DNA from: the human T2T-CHM13v2.0 reference genome, Homo sapiens
DNA length: 64,000 nucleotides
NCBI RefSeq assembly: GCF_009914755.1
Contig: NC_060927.1
Direction: 5' to 3' (one strand)
Shown here: in pieces, positions 1 through 15,287 of the stretch
How the letters are laid out: each line of letters starts with the position of its first letter
Numbering within the stretch: the stretch's first letter is position 1
Translations under genes and position numbers: made by a program
The notes under the pieces: model-generated
Database searches by the model: none
What the model was told of the DNA's origin: nothing
Seen by the model: the letters and a program-made list of their open reading frames with translations, nothing else

Positions 1-1744
1 GCCTGTGCCACTAATGTGTGACACTGGGGGCTGTGGGCTACAAGGGGCCCATGTATCTGTGTCAGGAGAGAGAGGCCCCATGCAAAGCAAAATGTATAAT
101 GAAGTCTGTTTAACGCAAAAGCTACCTAGGAAAATTCTCTCTGGAGCAAACGCCCAGAATTCCATCTGCAGCCTGACTAAAAGTACCTAGGAGAGAGAGT
201 TGTGAAAGAGGAAGGAGAACAAAGAAGAAGGAGAATCAAGGGAGCTGTGACCCTAACTTATGGTCCAGCTTCTATCACCTGTGACAACAAAGCTAGGAAA
301 ACTATGCTACCTACTACCCTAAGACATCCATCTTTTAAACTGAGTCCAACCACCAACATGAAAAACAATACTGACTCACCCCTCCACCCATATCGTCCAT
401 TCTGGACCAGACCTTCTACCTTGGCTCACAGGAAAAGAGGAAAGTGTTGATGTGTGCCAAGTGGAGGAGAAGGGACTGTGCTTTGGACTCCCTCTTTCTA
501 GTCACACCACCAGGGAAGATGCGTGCCCTCAGGAGACCACCTGGCAGATAGTCACCCATTTGGCTCCTGGTCCCTCCCCCTTTCCAGCCACTTTCTCCTG
601 CTGAACCCATCTTGCAGTTCATCTCAATTAGGGCTCTGAGTTCTGTCTTTCCCAGACAAGCAAACTCACCCTAAAGAGTTTCGTCCAACGGGACCATCAT
701 TCAATTCTTGCAAGTCTCACTAGTCTCACTCTGTGGAGGGCTATTTCTCCCTGTCGTAATGACCAGCTTGACAGTGGATGTATCTTCATCCCATGTCCTG
801 CTTCTTGACTCCGAATCCCTTAGGCCATCATATTCTAAATTCAGAGTACCTCACCTCCTAAGCATTTCCTGTAACAGTAAGATATCCATACTTTAAGTTA
901 TTCAATTTTCCTATAGTAATCATCTCAACCAGTCTCCTACTCACTGCCCCAAGGTCTCTAAGAATTTATGCAAATGACACTGGGGGACAAGGTCATAATC
1001 TCCCCTTTCCTCAAGGGCACAGGCCTCTTCAGACACACACTAGGATATGCTGTCTATGAGCTATATTTATAATATGGCATTGACATAGCCTTTCTCTTGC
1101 ATCTGCACTCCATCCTGCTGCTTCTCTGGACTTATCTCAATCCTCAAATTCTCTGTTTTAAGCCTAAGTCTTTACTCCACACTGTTGCAAAGCTATTTCG
1201 TTAATTTAACTGGACACATCACACAATATCTACCATTAGCCTTGTGTTATAAATCAGAAGCCTGTTTATCTTCTAAGGTAGACTCTGTCATTAGCTGCTT
1301 TGGATCATAGACTAAAAATAACATTCAACTGCTCTCTGAACCCTGCAAAGTGTAAAAACTAGAAATGTCTTTTTTTATATGGGCCAGGCTGATAACTTGC
1401 TAAAATGTCAACCTGTTCTTTGACATTTGTGTGAGTAATCCAACAGGTTCTGTGCAGGAAGCACAGTATTTGCTAGAGTTATTTCAAGTACAGTACAGCA
1501 CTTTGCTTTGATAATAGAACTCAGCTGCAGTCTTCTTTCACCTGTAAAACAGAGATTACAAGTGTTTACAGAAAGCGCTATTTGACAAATAATAAATGAG
1601 AACAGTTTCCTGATATTTTCAGGACTTCAATCACCATCCTGTAGTACAGCAACATTTTCTTTTCAGACACATATTTAGGTCCCCAAACACTGAATAAATA
1701 GAAATAGCTTCCTTCCAAACAGCAGAAGGAAAGTGTGTGTGTGT

Positions 1745-2064
1745 TTTTTTGTTTTGTGTGTGTGTGGTTTTTTGTTTTTTTTTACACAGAGTCTCACTCT
1801 GTCACCCAGGCTGGAGTGCAGTGGCGCTCACTGCAAGCTCCACCTCCCAGGCTCAAGAAATCCTCCCACCTCCCACCTCAGCCTCAAAAGTAGCTGGGAC
1901 CACAGGTATGCACCACCATGGCCCAGCTAATTTTTTCATTTTTTTGTGGAGAAGGGGTTTCCCCATGTTACCCAGGCTGGTCTCAAAACCCTGGGCTCAA
2001 GTAATCCTCTCGCCTTGGCCTCCCAAAGTTCTGGGATTATAGGCATGAGCCCACTGCACCCAGT
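1745..2064 (-). mobile_element. Alu (AluJ-like) with GT/T-rich tail
   Basis: Reverse Alu motifs cccaggctggagtgcagtggc and ctcccaaagttctgggatta. Confidence 0.9.
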
Positions 2065-2734
2065 CAAGAACTTTTATTCATGGTAGTTTTTTCTTATGAA
2101 TTAGGTGGTGATCGAGTGGTTAATTGTTAATGAGATTGGAGTTACTGTCATAGCCTAACAATGGACTTAGAATCCTTTAATATTGAGCTTTTCCTAAATG
2201 ATCAGCTTAGCTGTTTGTGTTAACACCAGTGGTTTGTCACCAAAACCACTCATTTAATTGAGAAAGCAAATAAATAAATATTCACAGCACAGGGATCTGA
2301 ATGCATCAGCCAACATCTGATTGTATAAGTCATACAGACATGAGAGGGTTTATCAGCAAATCCAAAAGACAATTCTAAATAGGACTAAAAGGCAACATTT
2401 TTAGTCCTGGGAGTGTAAGTCATGGGGAAAATGTCTTAATTCCAGGATTTATGACTGTTCTCATACCAGAGGCATTTAAAAAAATCATTATTTACCAGCC
2501 TTTATTTATACCCACCAACTCTTCAGGCAAACAACATCCACATTAGGTATTCTAAGTACTGCTTCCCTTACAGAGAATTTTGCAAAGTGAATGGTCTAAT
2601 CAGGTTACTTCTTATGATTACTGTCACTGAAATACTGAAATCATAAATTAGGACTTTGTTTTTAAGAATTAGGATAATGGATAAGAATAAGAGCTTTTTT
2701 CTGCTTAGCAGTCTAGGGAAAAAACGCAAATAAA

Positions 2735-3043
<309 letters not shown>

Positions 3044-3263
3044 CAAAAAACACAAATAAATATTTTTTTAAGAAAAAAAGAATAAGAGCTTTTTTAAAAA
3101 AAAAAAAAAACCCTACATTTGTTAGTATATGAAAAAAGTGACTAAATCTGGGTGGATGCTATGAAATGCAATAATTTGTGTGAAAATTCACTTTCCATGA
3201 ACATTAAAATCTTTTCTTTAAAAACGGTAGTTTGTTTTAGTTATCTTTGTTTCTTTGGATGGT

Positions 3264-3700
3264 GTATTAATTAGGATGTTCTAGAATGCAAATGACAAAA
3301 TCCAATTCAAACTGACTTAAATCATAAAGGAAACATATTGGACCTAGTAATTAAAAAGTCTAGATGTCTGGCTTCAGGCAAGAGTTAATCTAGTGATTCA
3401 AATGCTGTCACCAAGGATCCAGTTTTCTCTTTGTGCTGCCTTCCTTTGACTTCATCTTCAGGTTCTATAGAAGTAGCTTCCAAGCAGCTTGAGGTCCTTC
3501 TCTCAGGATGGTAAAATGCCCAGTGCAGTCCAGACCTAACATTCTCAAGTCACACAGTAGAAAGGAAGAACATGTCTCTTCTAATAGATTCAAAGTCCTG
3601 GGAGTCACTCTGTCTCATTGACTCCTTTGACTCTTGTGCCCAATAACTGTGGCCAAGAGAGCTGAATACATGGATTGGTCCACCCCTGAAGCCTGAATCT
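3264..3700. mobile_element. MLT1-type (MaLR) LTR remnant
   Basis: tgtattaattagga...tgcaaatgacaaaatccaattcaaactgacttaaa resembles the MLT1J/K terminus. Confidence 0.55.
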
Positions 3701-3734
3701 TTAAAATCTTTTTAGCTGCGTAATCTTGTTTTTC

Positions 3735-4015
<281 letters not shown>

Positions 4016-4245
4016 TTGTTTTTCATTTATAATATCTCATTATACCCTTTTTGGTTGTTATCCCCTTGAGATGAGCAACTATAACTTCTAAATTCCTTGC
4101 ACTATTTCAAAGTGCTCAAAACAATGAATGCTCAACAAGTGGGATTGAGTGATCTAATAATTTAAGGTAATCACTCTGTTGTAATGATCATTACAGTCAT
4201 TCTTTATCAACTGTTTTTTAGTATACCAGGGTACTTTGCAAAAAA

Positions 4246-4570
4246 CGGTCACGTACCACTTAATGATATTTTGGTCAATGACAGACTGCATGAGACGTTA
4301 GTCTCATAAAACTATAATACTGTACTTTTACTGTCCCTTTTCTGTGTTTAGATACACAAATACTGCTGTTACAACTGCCTACAATATTTAGTTCAGTAAC
4401 ATATTATACAGGTTTATGACCTAGGAGCAACAGGCTGTAGCACACAGCCTAAGTGTGTAGTAGACCACACCATCTAGGTTTGTGTAAGTATACTATGGTG
4501 TGCACATAATGACGAAGTCACCCAAGAAGGCATTTCTCAACATCCCTGTTGTTAAGCAATGCATGAGTCT
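4246..4570 (-). mobile_element. Tigger3a-like TcMar DNA transposon
   Basis: catctaggtttgtgtaagta, cctaggagcaacaggct and degenerate TIRs resemble the Tigger3a consensus. Confidence 0.75.
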
Positions 4571-4574
4571 ATTA

Positions 4575-5058
4575 GTATCACAGGATGATGAATGTTCTCC
4601 ATGGCCCCTCCAGATCCTCTCTTCACCCTCTCCATCATGCTCAGTGCCCAAGAGGCTGACTTCAATAGACTGTTCAAATGGCTCCCTTCCCTCTAACTTC
4701 CACTCAAGGTCAGCCAATGGAACCACCAAGAGGAGTCTGAGGAGTGCAAGGAAACAGGAGAGGGAGTGTTGATTTCTTGGTCCCCTTCCTGCTTTCCCGG
4801 GCTGCTTTCCTCATGGAGGCCACAGCTCCTGTCAAGTAACCCTCTCCTGAAGCTACAGCTACATCTCTTCCCAAGTTGTAGATTCTGGGAAACCAGTTTT
4901 TCCCTTTGTCCTTTCAGGCCTAAGGATGAGAAGGCTCCCTGATATTGATAGTTCTCATTGGTTTCTCTTAATCCCTACATCTGTGTGTGTGGTCCTTCAC
5001 TATCTCCTCAGTTACGTTATTTCAGTGTGCCATTTGTGTACTGCCAGGATCTTGACAC
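4575..5058. mobile_element. LTR33-like (ERVL) LTR
   Basis: cccctccagatcctctcttcaccctctcc...gaggctgac resembles the LTR33 5' part. Confidence 0.5.
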
Positions 5059-5301
5059 ACTATTACAAAACCCAATTCAAACTGGCCTAAATCATAAGTG
5101 GAATTTATTGAATGATGTAACCAAAAAATACAGACATCTGGTTTCAGGCCTCCCAAGGATCTAATCATCTCCCAAAGGTCCCACCTTTAAATACCATCCT
5201 CTTGGAGGTTAAGTTTCAACATACGAATTTTGAAGGGACAAATACATTTAAATCATAACATGTCTTCGTCAATTTTTTAAATTAAAAATAAGTTTTTTTA
5301 A

Positions 5302-5595
<294 letters not shown>

Positions 5596-6257
5596 GAAGT
5601 TTTTAAATTCTAAAAGCAATGAATGTTCATTATACAGAATGTAGACATTTAAGATTAACAACAACAAAAAAAAGGAGATGGGAAAGAGTAGCCTTTAATT
5701 CCACTGTGGTAAGTATTTTGGTGTATATCCAATGCTCAATCATTCCTCTCTCTCCCCCTCTGGGATCTTACTGTAAATATTCTTTTAAGTATCTTTGCAT
5801 CTCAGAACCTAACACAGGTTCTACTTGCATGAGTAAATGATATTTAGGAAAAAGATCAATGCTTGAATGTCCAAACCAGCTCTTTTGTCACATGCTGCTA
5901 AAGATAATATAGCAACTGCTACACCATTCTGTTCCCATGTGCCTGCCAAAGGAATACCATGTCAAGGACTTATCTGAACCATCAAGAAACCACAATACTG
6001 TACTAAGTTCAAGGGAATGCTCCTTAAAAGGAGAGGGACTTTACAAGCCCATTGGCAGGGCTTCACAAGTGAAGGAGCCCTTCACTTGGAGCTACCAGAT
6101 CTAGATTTAAATTTCAACTGGGTCATTCTACTCATTTTACTTGTTTAATCCTCCATTTTCTAATCTGTGAGATGAAGACATCAACTTATGACCTATAAGA
6201 TCCCTAGCAGTTAATGGTCTATGACATATATCTCTATCTATCCAAACACAAACATAC

Positions 6258-6311
6258 GTGTGTGCGTGTATGTGTATGTGTGTGTTTGTGGTGTGTGTGA
6301 GTGTGTGTGTA
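6258..6311. repeat. Imperfect (TG)n microsatellite
   Basis: gtgtgtgcgtgtatgtgtatgtgtgtg... Confidence 0.85.
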
Positions 6312-9009
6312 AGAATGAAAAAAAGCAAGAACTATGCCTTAGGTGCTAGTATGACAAAATCTGAGTTTGTTTGCTTGTTTTCTAAAAAGCGAAGTCTTAT
6401 AGGTAATCCAGCCAATATGTTTTTCATGCCTACACTTTCTGTGGCTAAGTTAGGAAAACCGAAAGCAGGAAACTCAACAAAGTACGACAAAAAAATAACT
6501 GGAAAACACTCCTCTGTGTGTGTGTGGCTTTTATTAGCTCTCAGTGAGATTCTCAAATGACTGTTGTAATTCTGTCTGAAGTTCCCCTTCTTGTTTCATG
6601 GCTTAATGCTTTGTTGTGTCATTTCTGAAACACTCCCCCATTTCCAACGTTACAAGCAGAGAACAGCTCTTCACTCACTTGTGAACAAGAAGTGTTGTAA
6701 GAGAACTTAACAAATGAAGCAAAAGAAATCATAATATCAAAGCAGGTTAAGAAAGGAAAATGAGAAGTGTCTGGAGGAAAGGGAGCATGAACTATCACCG
6801 CCTACCTTCCTTCCATCAAGCTCAGAGACGTTTTTAAACCTCACACCAATTCTTTGACAGCTTTTAAGAAATGAGATGCTTCCATTTTGATCTGAGTTAT
6901 GCTGAGGTGCCTCTTCGCTCTGCCTAAGCAGAAGGTAGGTTAAGCTTGGTAGAGGTGAACCACAGGGAGCCATGCTTGGAAAACTCTGCTCCTGGGAAGT
7001 TTATCCATTCAAGTGCACCAAGGCTTTAGAACTCCCTACCCCTAGAATGTCTGCTTTTTCCAAATAATCAGAACACATTTGTTTATTCCCAGTACGGGTG
7101 ATGTGTACCCAATTCTTATCCATTTCCTCCAGCTTGGGACATTTTGCCACTATGCAAGTACCAGGGCTGGCTGCAAGTGTTGTCTTTTACGCCTCAGGTC
7201 CAGACCAGTCCTGCTGTCCCAGCTTTCAATGTTATGGCCACCAAATGGGTGTGTGGCCCTCCTGTTCCTGTAGTCAGTGGAGACTGGGGAGTAATTTCTG
7301 CTTCCACCTTGGCTGGCACAGGAGTCCTCTCATCTTCAGCCACTGTGGCTGCTGCTCTTGCGTCGAATTTTTGTGGTTTTTTTAATTTAAATTTTATAGT
7401 TAAAAAAATTAGAGCATATGGTCACATGGCTCAAGAAGATATACTGTGAAAAATTTCTCTTCTGACTTTGTCCTCCTGCCACTAAATCCCCTCCTGCAAC
7501 AAGCAAAAATGTACATATATTCTTTTTAACCTCTTTTTTTATTGCAAATGTTAACATACTACATTGGAAATTTTTCACCTAAAATACCTAGAGATTATTT
7601 CACAACAGTACTTAAAGAGCTTCCTCACTGTTTTAAAATGTTGTATGACATCTCATCATGTATGACTATCATGATTTATTTAACCAGTCTCATTTAGCCA
7701 GCTGATAGACTTTTTCAGGCTCTTTCCAAACTTTTTATTATGTATGGCATATACAATTTCATATCGGTACAGGCATATCTGTAGGACACATTCTTGCAAG
7801 TGGAATTCTGGGCCAAGGTGCTTATGTAATTAAAATTTTCACAGATGCTGCAAAATTGCATTGTCTGGAGGTTGCACCCATTTACACTCTTCCAGCAATA
7901 TGAGTGACTCACACTCATACTGGGCTTCAGTTTACTTATGTAGGAACTTAACCTGCTCGAAGTCACTCCAGCCTAATGGTCTCCCAATTTAAAATTGTTT
8001 AACATAATATTAATGCCTAAGCCTCAATAGTACCCCCCCTCCTACTTGCTCAACTGCATGTAAGAGATCCAGTTTTTTATTATTATTATAATGAACAGAA
8101 ATTTATTGGCTCACAGTTCTGGGGGCTGGGAAGTCCAAGGCCAAAGGGCTGTCATCTGGCAAGGGCCTTTTTCTGAGAGATCCAATGTTTAATAGTGTCC
8201 CTATTTCTATAAATTTGCTATAGACTTCAGGGATATTACATGTGCCTATGAGCCCGTCATTGTCATTATTTCCCATTCTGGTGAGCTGAACACATCCTCT
8301 GTGGCAGGTGGTTCCATAGAAGCATCACTCAGAACTGAAACAACTCCTGAGCCCATGGCTATCCCTGGGTCCTGGTGGAGTGGAAACTCAACAATGCCTA
8401 GAGCTACATCTAGTGTCAATGAGCTACAGTCCTGCAGCTGTGCTGGTAAAGCTGGAACTGAAATGTCCTTGAGACTACAGATCCAAACAGTTGACCTTAC
8501 AAAGTGAAAAGGACAATACCCCATCTGGGTGACACTCAGGTGCAGCAGTACAGGGTCCCACAGTAAGGTTGTGTGGATCTAATGTATTAGACCATTTACT
8601 CTCACAGTTCCTTTAATTAATACGCTAAACAACTTTTGCCAAGGATCATACCTACTGCTAGAAGTCTGTGTTGAGGTAAATTCTACAGCAATAATCTAAA
8701 ATCTCCACCCCATCTGAAGCCCATGCTCTATTTCTGGGTCTAACTTTCCAGGCTGGGCTCCTTCTTCTCTTACAGGGTGCTCCTTCCTCTTATGTCCCAC
8801 ACTGTTCTTTCCAAAACTCGTGCCCTCATGAGGACCACACTAGTCCATCAGACCATGTTTTATATGCTTTCACAGAGTTTCAAGTCTTTTTCTTGGAAAG
8901 CTGTGCACCCCTGGCATAAATCGGTGGATGCCAACAGAACCATGGTAGATGGATGTACAAAGGTCACCATGTTGACTCTCACTCACAAATCGCATCTAAC
9001 TGATACTCT

Positions 9010-9830
9010 CTAGAGGATCAGGTCAAATTGATAATAAGTAAATGAGTAAATAAACTCTTCCCTACAGTAGTATCACAATAAATGTAGAAGGAATGACAGA
9101 AATAGAAAATCACAATTTGGTAAACACCACAGTAATAAATATGTCAGGCAGAGATAATTAATGGATACTAAAATTAATAGACAAAAGTATGATGAAAAAC
9201 AGAATACTTACATAGTTTCAAAGTATCCCCTCATAAGATGCATATTAATTTCAAAGGAAAGAACAGTAACTTTACAGCAGTGAAACCTGCCAGATCCCAT
9301 CTTAACTAAGTGATCAAAGTGCCTCATTACCAATGACAAGACACATCAACTACTTTCCTCCTGACAAGACACACTGAGAAGGGTACAATGTCACTTCTAT
9401 GATATTCTTGACAAAACGTATAACCTGAATTAAATCATTGGGAAATAACAGACAAACATAAATTGAAGAACATTCTGCAAAATAATTGGCCAGTACTCTT
9501 CAAAGAGTCAAAGTTATGAAAGAGAAAAACTGAGGAACTGTCCCAGATTAAAGGAGACCAAGGAACCATGAAAACTAAATGCAACTGGTGAGCTTGGACT
9601 GGATCCTGAACAGAAAAAGTCCACTAATGGGACAACTGACAAAATCTGAATAAGGTCTGTAGATTACTTAGTAATACTAAGTTCATTTCCTGTTTCAAAA
9701 ATGGTACTATAGTTACATAATATAATATTTGTAGAAGCTAGGTAAAAAGTATGTGAAAATTCTTCATATTAGTTTTTGCAACTTTCTCAATAAGTCTAAA
9801 AGCATTTCAAAAGGACAAGTTGGGAATAAT
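9010..9830 (+). mobile_element. Old L1 (L1MC-like) 3' end fragment
   Basis: aaatgtagaaggaatgacagaa, aattggccagtactcttcaaa, ggactggatcctgaacagaaaa and ttttgcaactttc motifs. Confidence 0.7.
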
Positions 9831-10887
9831 AAAAATAAATTTTAAAAACTAAGACAGCAAAATTCACTTATTACAATATTGGTTTGTAGAGAGTGTAAAG
9901 ATACATATTAATTACAAAAATTATATTCATGCTTGAATTTAAAACTGGACAAGTAAACTTATCCTTTGATTAGTCAAATGTTGGCTTATTCAGGCATTTC
10001 TTAAAAGCACTCTCTAAAATTTCAGCATTTATTTTATTATCAGAAGTTGAAGGTCAGTATAACAATTGTATGTGAAAATATTTCAGTAATCCTGGTTTGC
10101 CCTTGCAATAATCTGAAGAGATCTCTGCTGGGGACTATTTTATTATGACAATCGAGCACTAAATACACTGACCTTCAGATTGTCAGTTACTGGGTGAAAA
10201 TGGATAGAAGATTTTCCATTTGGCAGATGAAAAATCAAGACCCCCAAATCCCTTTCCTTAGGAGGTACAGCTTAGGCAAGAAACCTATTATATTTTTTGC
10301 TGTTTGCCTAAAATATAGCAATATACCACTTTAAATGTAGTGATTTCATTTACCAGGGGAAGGAAAAAAACTGTATAACCTAGAGGCAATATGTAGAATA
10401 AAAAAAAATGATAGAATAATTGGAGCCACAGGAAGCGGAACATTTCTTACATGACACGGAAGATTATAAAGTGTTATCGTTTAGTAGTTTCTTATATAAA
10501 TACTCAAGGAAAAATAATTGAATAACTAGTAGCCTTAATTTAGGGGTGGACCCATAATTACTACTTATAACAACCTCTGCCAAATTATTTAAATATTTAC
10601 CTAAAAGGTAAAATATCCAGTCTGTAAGGTTTGCTGGCCTATTGTTCTTTTCATTTCAGAGACATCCACATTATTAAACATCAGCTGGACAACAGCACAT
10701 GAGTACAAGAGTTGTCAGAAAATCATCTGAGGCCAGTGTAAGAAGGAATAGGTTTGAGGATTTTTTCCCAATCGGCAAGTGAGGTCCAGGTCTGGAAGTC
10801 TTAGTTTCCTTGGCCCTCATAACTTCCCTGGATTCTGTGCTGAGTCTTCCTTCTTGACCTTTGCCATCCCACTCCCCTTTCCATCTT

Positions 10888-11035
10888 CTTTTTTTATTTT
10901 CAAGACAGGATCTCTCTATCATCCAGGCTGGAGTGCACTGGCATGATCATAGCTTGAACTCCTAGGCTCAACCAAGATCCTCCCACTTCAACCTCCCAAG
11001 TAGCTGGGATTACAGGCATGAACCATCATGCCTGT
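10888..11035 (-). mobile_element. Alu monomer (FLAM/AluJ fragment)
   Basis: ccaggctggagtgcactgg...gtagctgggattacaggcatg. Confidence 0.8.
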
Positions 11036-12680
11036 CCATCTTAATAGATGGGCTTGCACAAGAAACAAAGTCTGGGTATACTAACAACTTATGAGGTTTA
11101 GCTGCCTTTACTTGCCCAAGAGGTTTTCATTTTGGAGATTTAGCTTTGCCAAACCCTATACTTCCTCTCAAATTGCTGGATTGGAGATAGGTTGAGAGAG
11201 TGGATGTTTACATGTCTCTGTTCTCAGGTAAGTCTACACTTACAAGAAACTGGGCAAATGACTGATTCCCAGAATCTCTCTTCTTGCACAGGGAAGGGCT
11301 TCCTCAACCAAATCTAGGGAAGCTTCTTGTCAAATTGGTTGTCTCTAAATTCCACAGAGGACTATATAGAAAATAGAGTCTTTGGGATATGATGAAGACC
11401 TCTCAGTAGAATTTTGTCTGCCTCATAAATATCTTTCCCTCACTTACTAAAGCTCCAGAGGACAAAGATTATGCCATTTTCATCATTTATTATTCACTCC
11501 ATCAACAATTTATTTACTCTGAGCCAGACCCTGGACTAGACATTGAGAACAGAAAACTAAAACATAGTACCTGCCCTTGAAAGGTTCACAGTCTGGCAGA
11601 AAGAAAAACAACTTATGATGTCAATTATATGTACTATAGCAGTGATTTTTACAAAATGTTGTAGGAGCCCAGAAAAAGGGTCAATTGAGTTTGCTGAAGA
11701 AATAATTCAGAGAAGCTTCCACTGTGGGGGTAACATGTTACCTGACCCTTGAAGGATAGGCCAGGTGGGAAGGAGAAGAAAAAAAAAAAAAAAGAAGAAG
11801 AAGAAAACACGTAGGTGTGGAAGCATAAATGGTGAGGTAGAGGAGTGACGGGAGAAGAGTGGTCTCACAGTTGTTCTTTAGGAAGGTGAAAAGGTAGGAG
11901 TGAAGTGGTTACCTTAAGAAAGAAGACAGTGATATTAGATATGGTCAACTGGCACACAGCAAAAGATGGAAAGCTAGTCTTCATTTCCCAGACTCCCTCA
12001 ACTAGAGTTCCAGTTCTAATTAGATGCACTGGTAGAATATCAGAAGGACAAATGTGACAAGGAGGCCATCTTCCTGCTGCTGCTGCCCAGCAAGGTCATG
12101 GAGATGGTTTTTCTACAGCATCACTCTAGCATGCAGTCTTGATCTTTGTGAGAGTAGGAGGCAACAGCAGCAGTGCTGGCAAGAACTTTCTGATCCTGGC
12201 TTCCTGGCAATTGGATCACAGCTCTCCTAGTAGTCTACTGAACACAGTGTTGTCACAGTGGCCTCCTGGCTCCCCAAAGGTAGAGGTTCCCCCGGCTGGT
12301 TAGTCCTGTAGGGTCTGGCAGTTATTCAGGCAGGACCAACATGGCACATGGTCCTTCACACTTTCAATGATTTTGGAAGCATTTAATTCTCCTAATTAAG
12401 TATCTTTCTAACTAAAAAACTACATTAATTTCCCTTTTGCATTGAACCTTGACGAAGCAAATGTAAGGGGAAACCATGAGAACTCCATATGTGAATGAGA
12501 ATGATACTGCTACCTTTTCTGTTCAAAATGGCAAAATAATTACCATTTTAATTAAGAAGATGAAGTGATTATTTTTATATATTCTTAGTCTAGTATTAGC
12601 AAGTTAAAATTTGTTACACTTTTTCAAAACAGTATTTGTGTTTGTTTTTCTATATACTTACTGTCTTATTTATGCCATTT

Positions 12681-12839
12681 TTTTTTCTTAAGAGACGAAG
12701 TTTTGCTTTGTCCCCCAGGCTGGAGTGCAGCGACACAAACACAGCTCACTGCAGCCTCGAACTCCTGGGGTCAAACAATCCTCCCACCTCAGCCTCCCTG
12801 TAGCTGGGACTACAGGCACATGCCACCATGCCTGGCTAA
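12681..12839 (-). mobile_element. Alu right monomer (FRAM/AluJ)
   Basis: Single arm flanked by TSD atttatgccattt. Confidence 0.85.
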
Positions 12840-13845
12840 ATTTATGCCATTTCTTGAGTAGAAGTATCAACTTATTTTAAAATATTAATTTGCCTCTTAA
12901 ATAATATTAGATTCATTGCATTTTATATTAGAGCTATTTTATATTAAATTTATTTTTTCTTTGTGATAACATTAAATCACTAACATTATTAACTACATAT
13001 TCTAAACTGCTTTTATACAAACGACATCAAAAAAAGGTCTGTTATTTGCTCTAGTTCCCTAGAATTTTCTCTTTGATTTTGTCACATATATATGTTTAAC
13101 ATATAAAATGGACCCAGAGAAAGTATTATTTAGAACAAAAAACTAAACCTATCAGCTCCCAGTTTGCATAAGTCTGATCAATAGGAATACATTTCTATAT
13201 TATTCCCTTCCACTTGCTGAGATGGAAGTTCCCAGGAAACTGAATTTTTTCAAGTTCCTACCTATTCATCAGTCCTCCAGAGAGAGAGATCTAGATTGGA
13301 GAATGCTTTGTTTAGCACAACATGGTAATGAATTTCTTAATTTACAAAAACATGTCCAAAGGAATCCAATAGAGAGTAAAGAGCCCAATTTGTCTACTGT
13401 ATAAAGCAAGGAAAATTCTGAATTTCAGAGACAACCCTAGGGAGAAGTGACAGAGCCCAGGGGCAAAGAGAAGAGATTCAGAAGGGTGGGAAGTATTCTA
13501 GAGTGAGTGAAGAAAAGTAGGCAGGTAGTCAGGAGCAGTGGGAAAGGACATGAGGAGGGCCTACAGGGATGGCCAGGGAACTCCTAGATATCAATACCTA
13601 ATACTCCTTATTTAAGTTGTGGGCTCTATGTTATGGATTAAAGCATATAAAGAGATAGGAAAGCCATTAGCATTCTAACATTGGAAGGAAGAGTGGAAGA
13701 GGAGAACCCAGCAAGAAAGATTGAGAAGAAAGGATTAGAGAGGTGGGATGAAAAGCAGAAGTCTGTGAGACATCCTGGAGGGTGGTGGGAGGCAAGTGAT
13801 CCCTCAGGTTCTTGGACTTAAATACCATCTATGCACTGATAACTC

Positions 13846-14407
13846 TGTAGGGGAAGAAAAACATTTCCCTATCCTGTTAGGTTCTGTACCTGAGGCCTAT
13901 GCATTAAACTGACAAAAGACAGATTAACAGAAGAAAAGTGTACCAATTTTATTTGATGTTAATATTTTTACCATTCATGAGGGCTTCATGGAAAAGAAGT
14001 GAAAAATCAAAGAAGTGGTTAGACTTCGGGGCTTATATGCCATCTTAACAAAGGGTGATAAATTGAAGAGAAGTAACTAGATAAAGAAAAGGGGGTTTGG
14101 GTTTATACAGGTGGTAAACTGTGAGAAGGTAAAAATATAGGGGAAACTAATGGTAGATAAGGATTATAGTAAGGTTTCTTTGTGCAGACTCATCTTGGTG
14201 CTGTCTCCACTTCTGGTGGTAAGGGTTGTTTTCCTTGTCTCGGTATGGGAGAAGAATGGGGACACCTTTGTGAGAATTTATGCTCTTTTAGGCAGATAAG
14301 GACAGAGAGCTCTTGCTGTGTCTGATTTTCTCATTTGCCTTCAGGTCAAAATTATCCTTATGCCAAAGTGGCATATTTGGGGGGGCAACATATTCTGATT
14401 CCATTCA
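13846..14407 (-). mobile_element. MER34-family ERV1 solo LTR inserted in L2
   Basis: TG...CA termini, 4-bp TSD actc (13842-13845, 14408-14411), terminal atccttatgccaaagtggcatatttgggg. Confidence 0.75.
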
Positions 14408-15287
14408 ACTCCCAAATTTATACCTCCAGCCAAGACTTCTCCCTGAAATCTGCTTCTCATATAGGTGGCTGTGCAATCCATATTTCCTCTTGGATGTCCA
14501 TTAGGCTTCTTCACATTAACACACCAAAAACTAAATTTCTATATTTTCATGCCAAACTTCTTTCACTCTTATATTTCTCATTTTAGTAAGTTACAATTCC
14601 ATTCTTCTGGTTGGTCAAACCAAAAATCTTGAAGTTATCCTTGATTCCTCTCTTTCCCTCATATTCAGAATCTCATTGACTCTACCTTCAAAATATAACC
14701 AGAATCCAAGATGTCCCACTGCCTCTGTAGCAAACACCCAAGTCTAAGCCACCATCATCTCTCACCTGTTTGCTGCAATAACCTATGTCCCCACTTCTAT
14801 CCCTGTATCTCCTCTCACAGTCTATTCACAACACAGCAATCACGGTCCTTTCTAAACAGAAGCCATTTTATGTCATTCTTCTAACCCTAATCCATCGTGG
14901 CACACCCTCTGAAGCCCTCATTTTACTCAGAGTGAAAGCCAAAGTCATTAAATGGCCTACACAATCTAGCCCCATTTCCCTCTGATCTTATCACCTACTC
15001 CTCTTCCTCTATTGAATCTGCTTTAGCCACTGACCTCCATACTATTACTCAAACACACCTGCACTCTCCCACCTCTGAACTTTTGTAAATGCTGTTCACT
15101 CTACCTTAAGTATGGTTTCCTAGGACACCCACTGGCCTTGCTCCTTCTTCTTCTTCATGCCGTTTTTGGTCAAAGTGGATCTCCTCAAAGAGGACTGCCC
15201 TGACCATTTAAGTTCCAATTACATCCTCCTTCCCACTGCAAGCAGTCCCTTTACCCTGCTTTGTTTCTATTGTAAGGCTTTTAACAT

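Noticed and set aside
10660-11233. Plus-strand acceptor (10659) and donors (10738, 11228) upstream of SEC62
   Set aside because: The 78-nt candidate exon has stops in all three frames and no linked promoter; isolated splice-like motifs are common.
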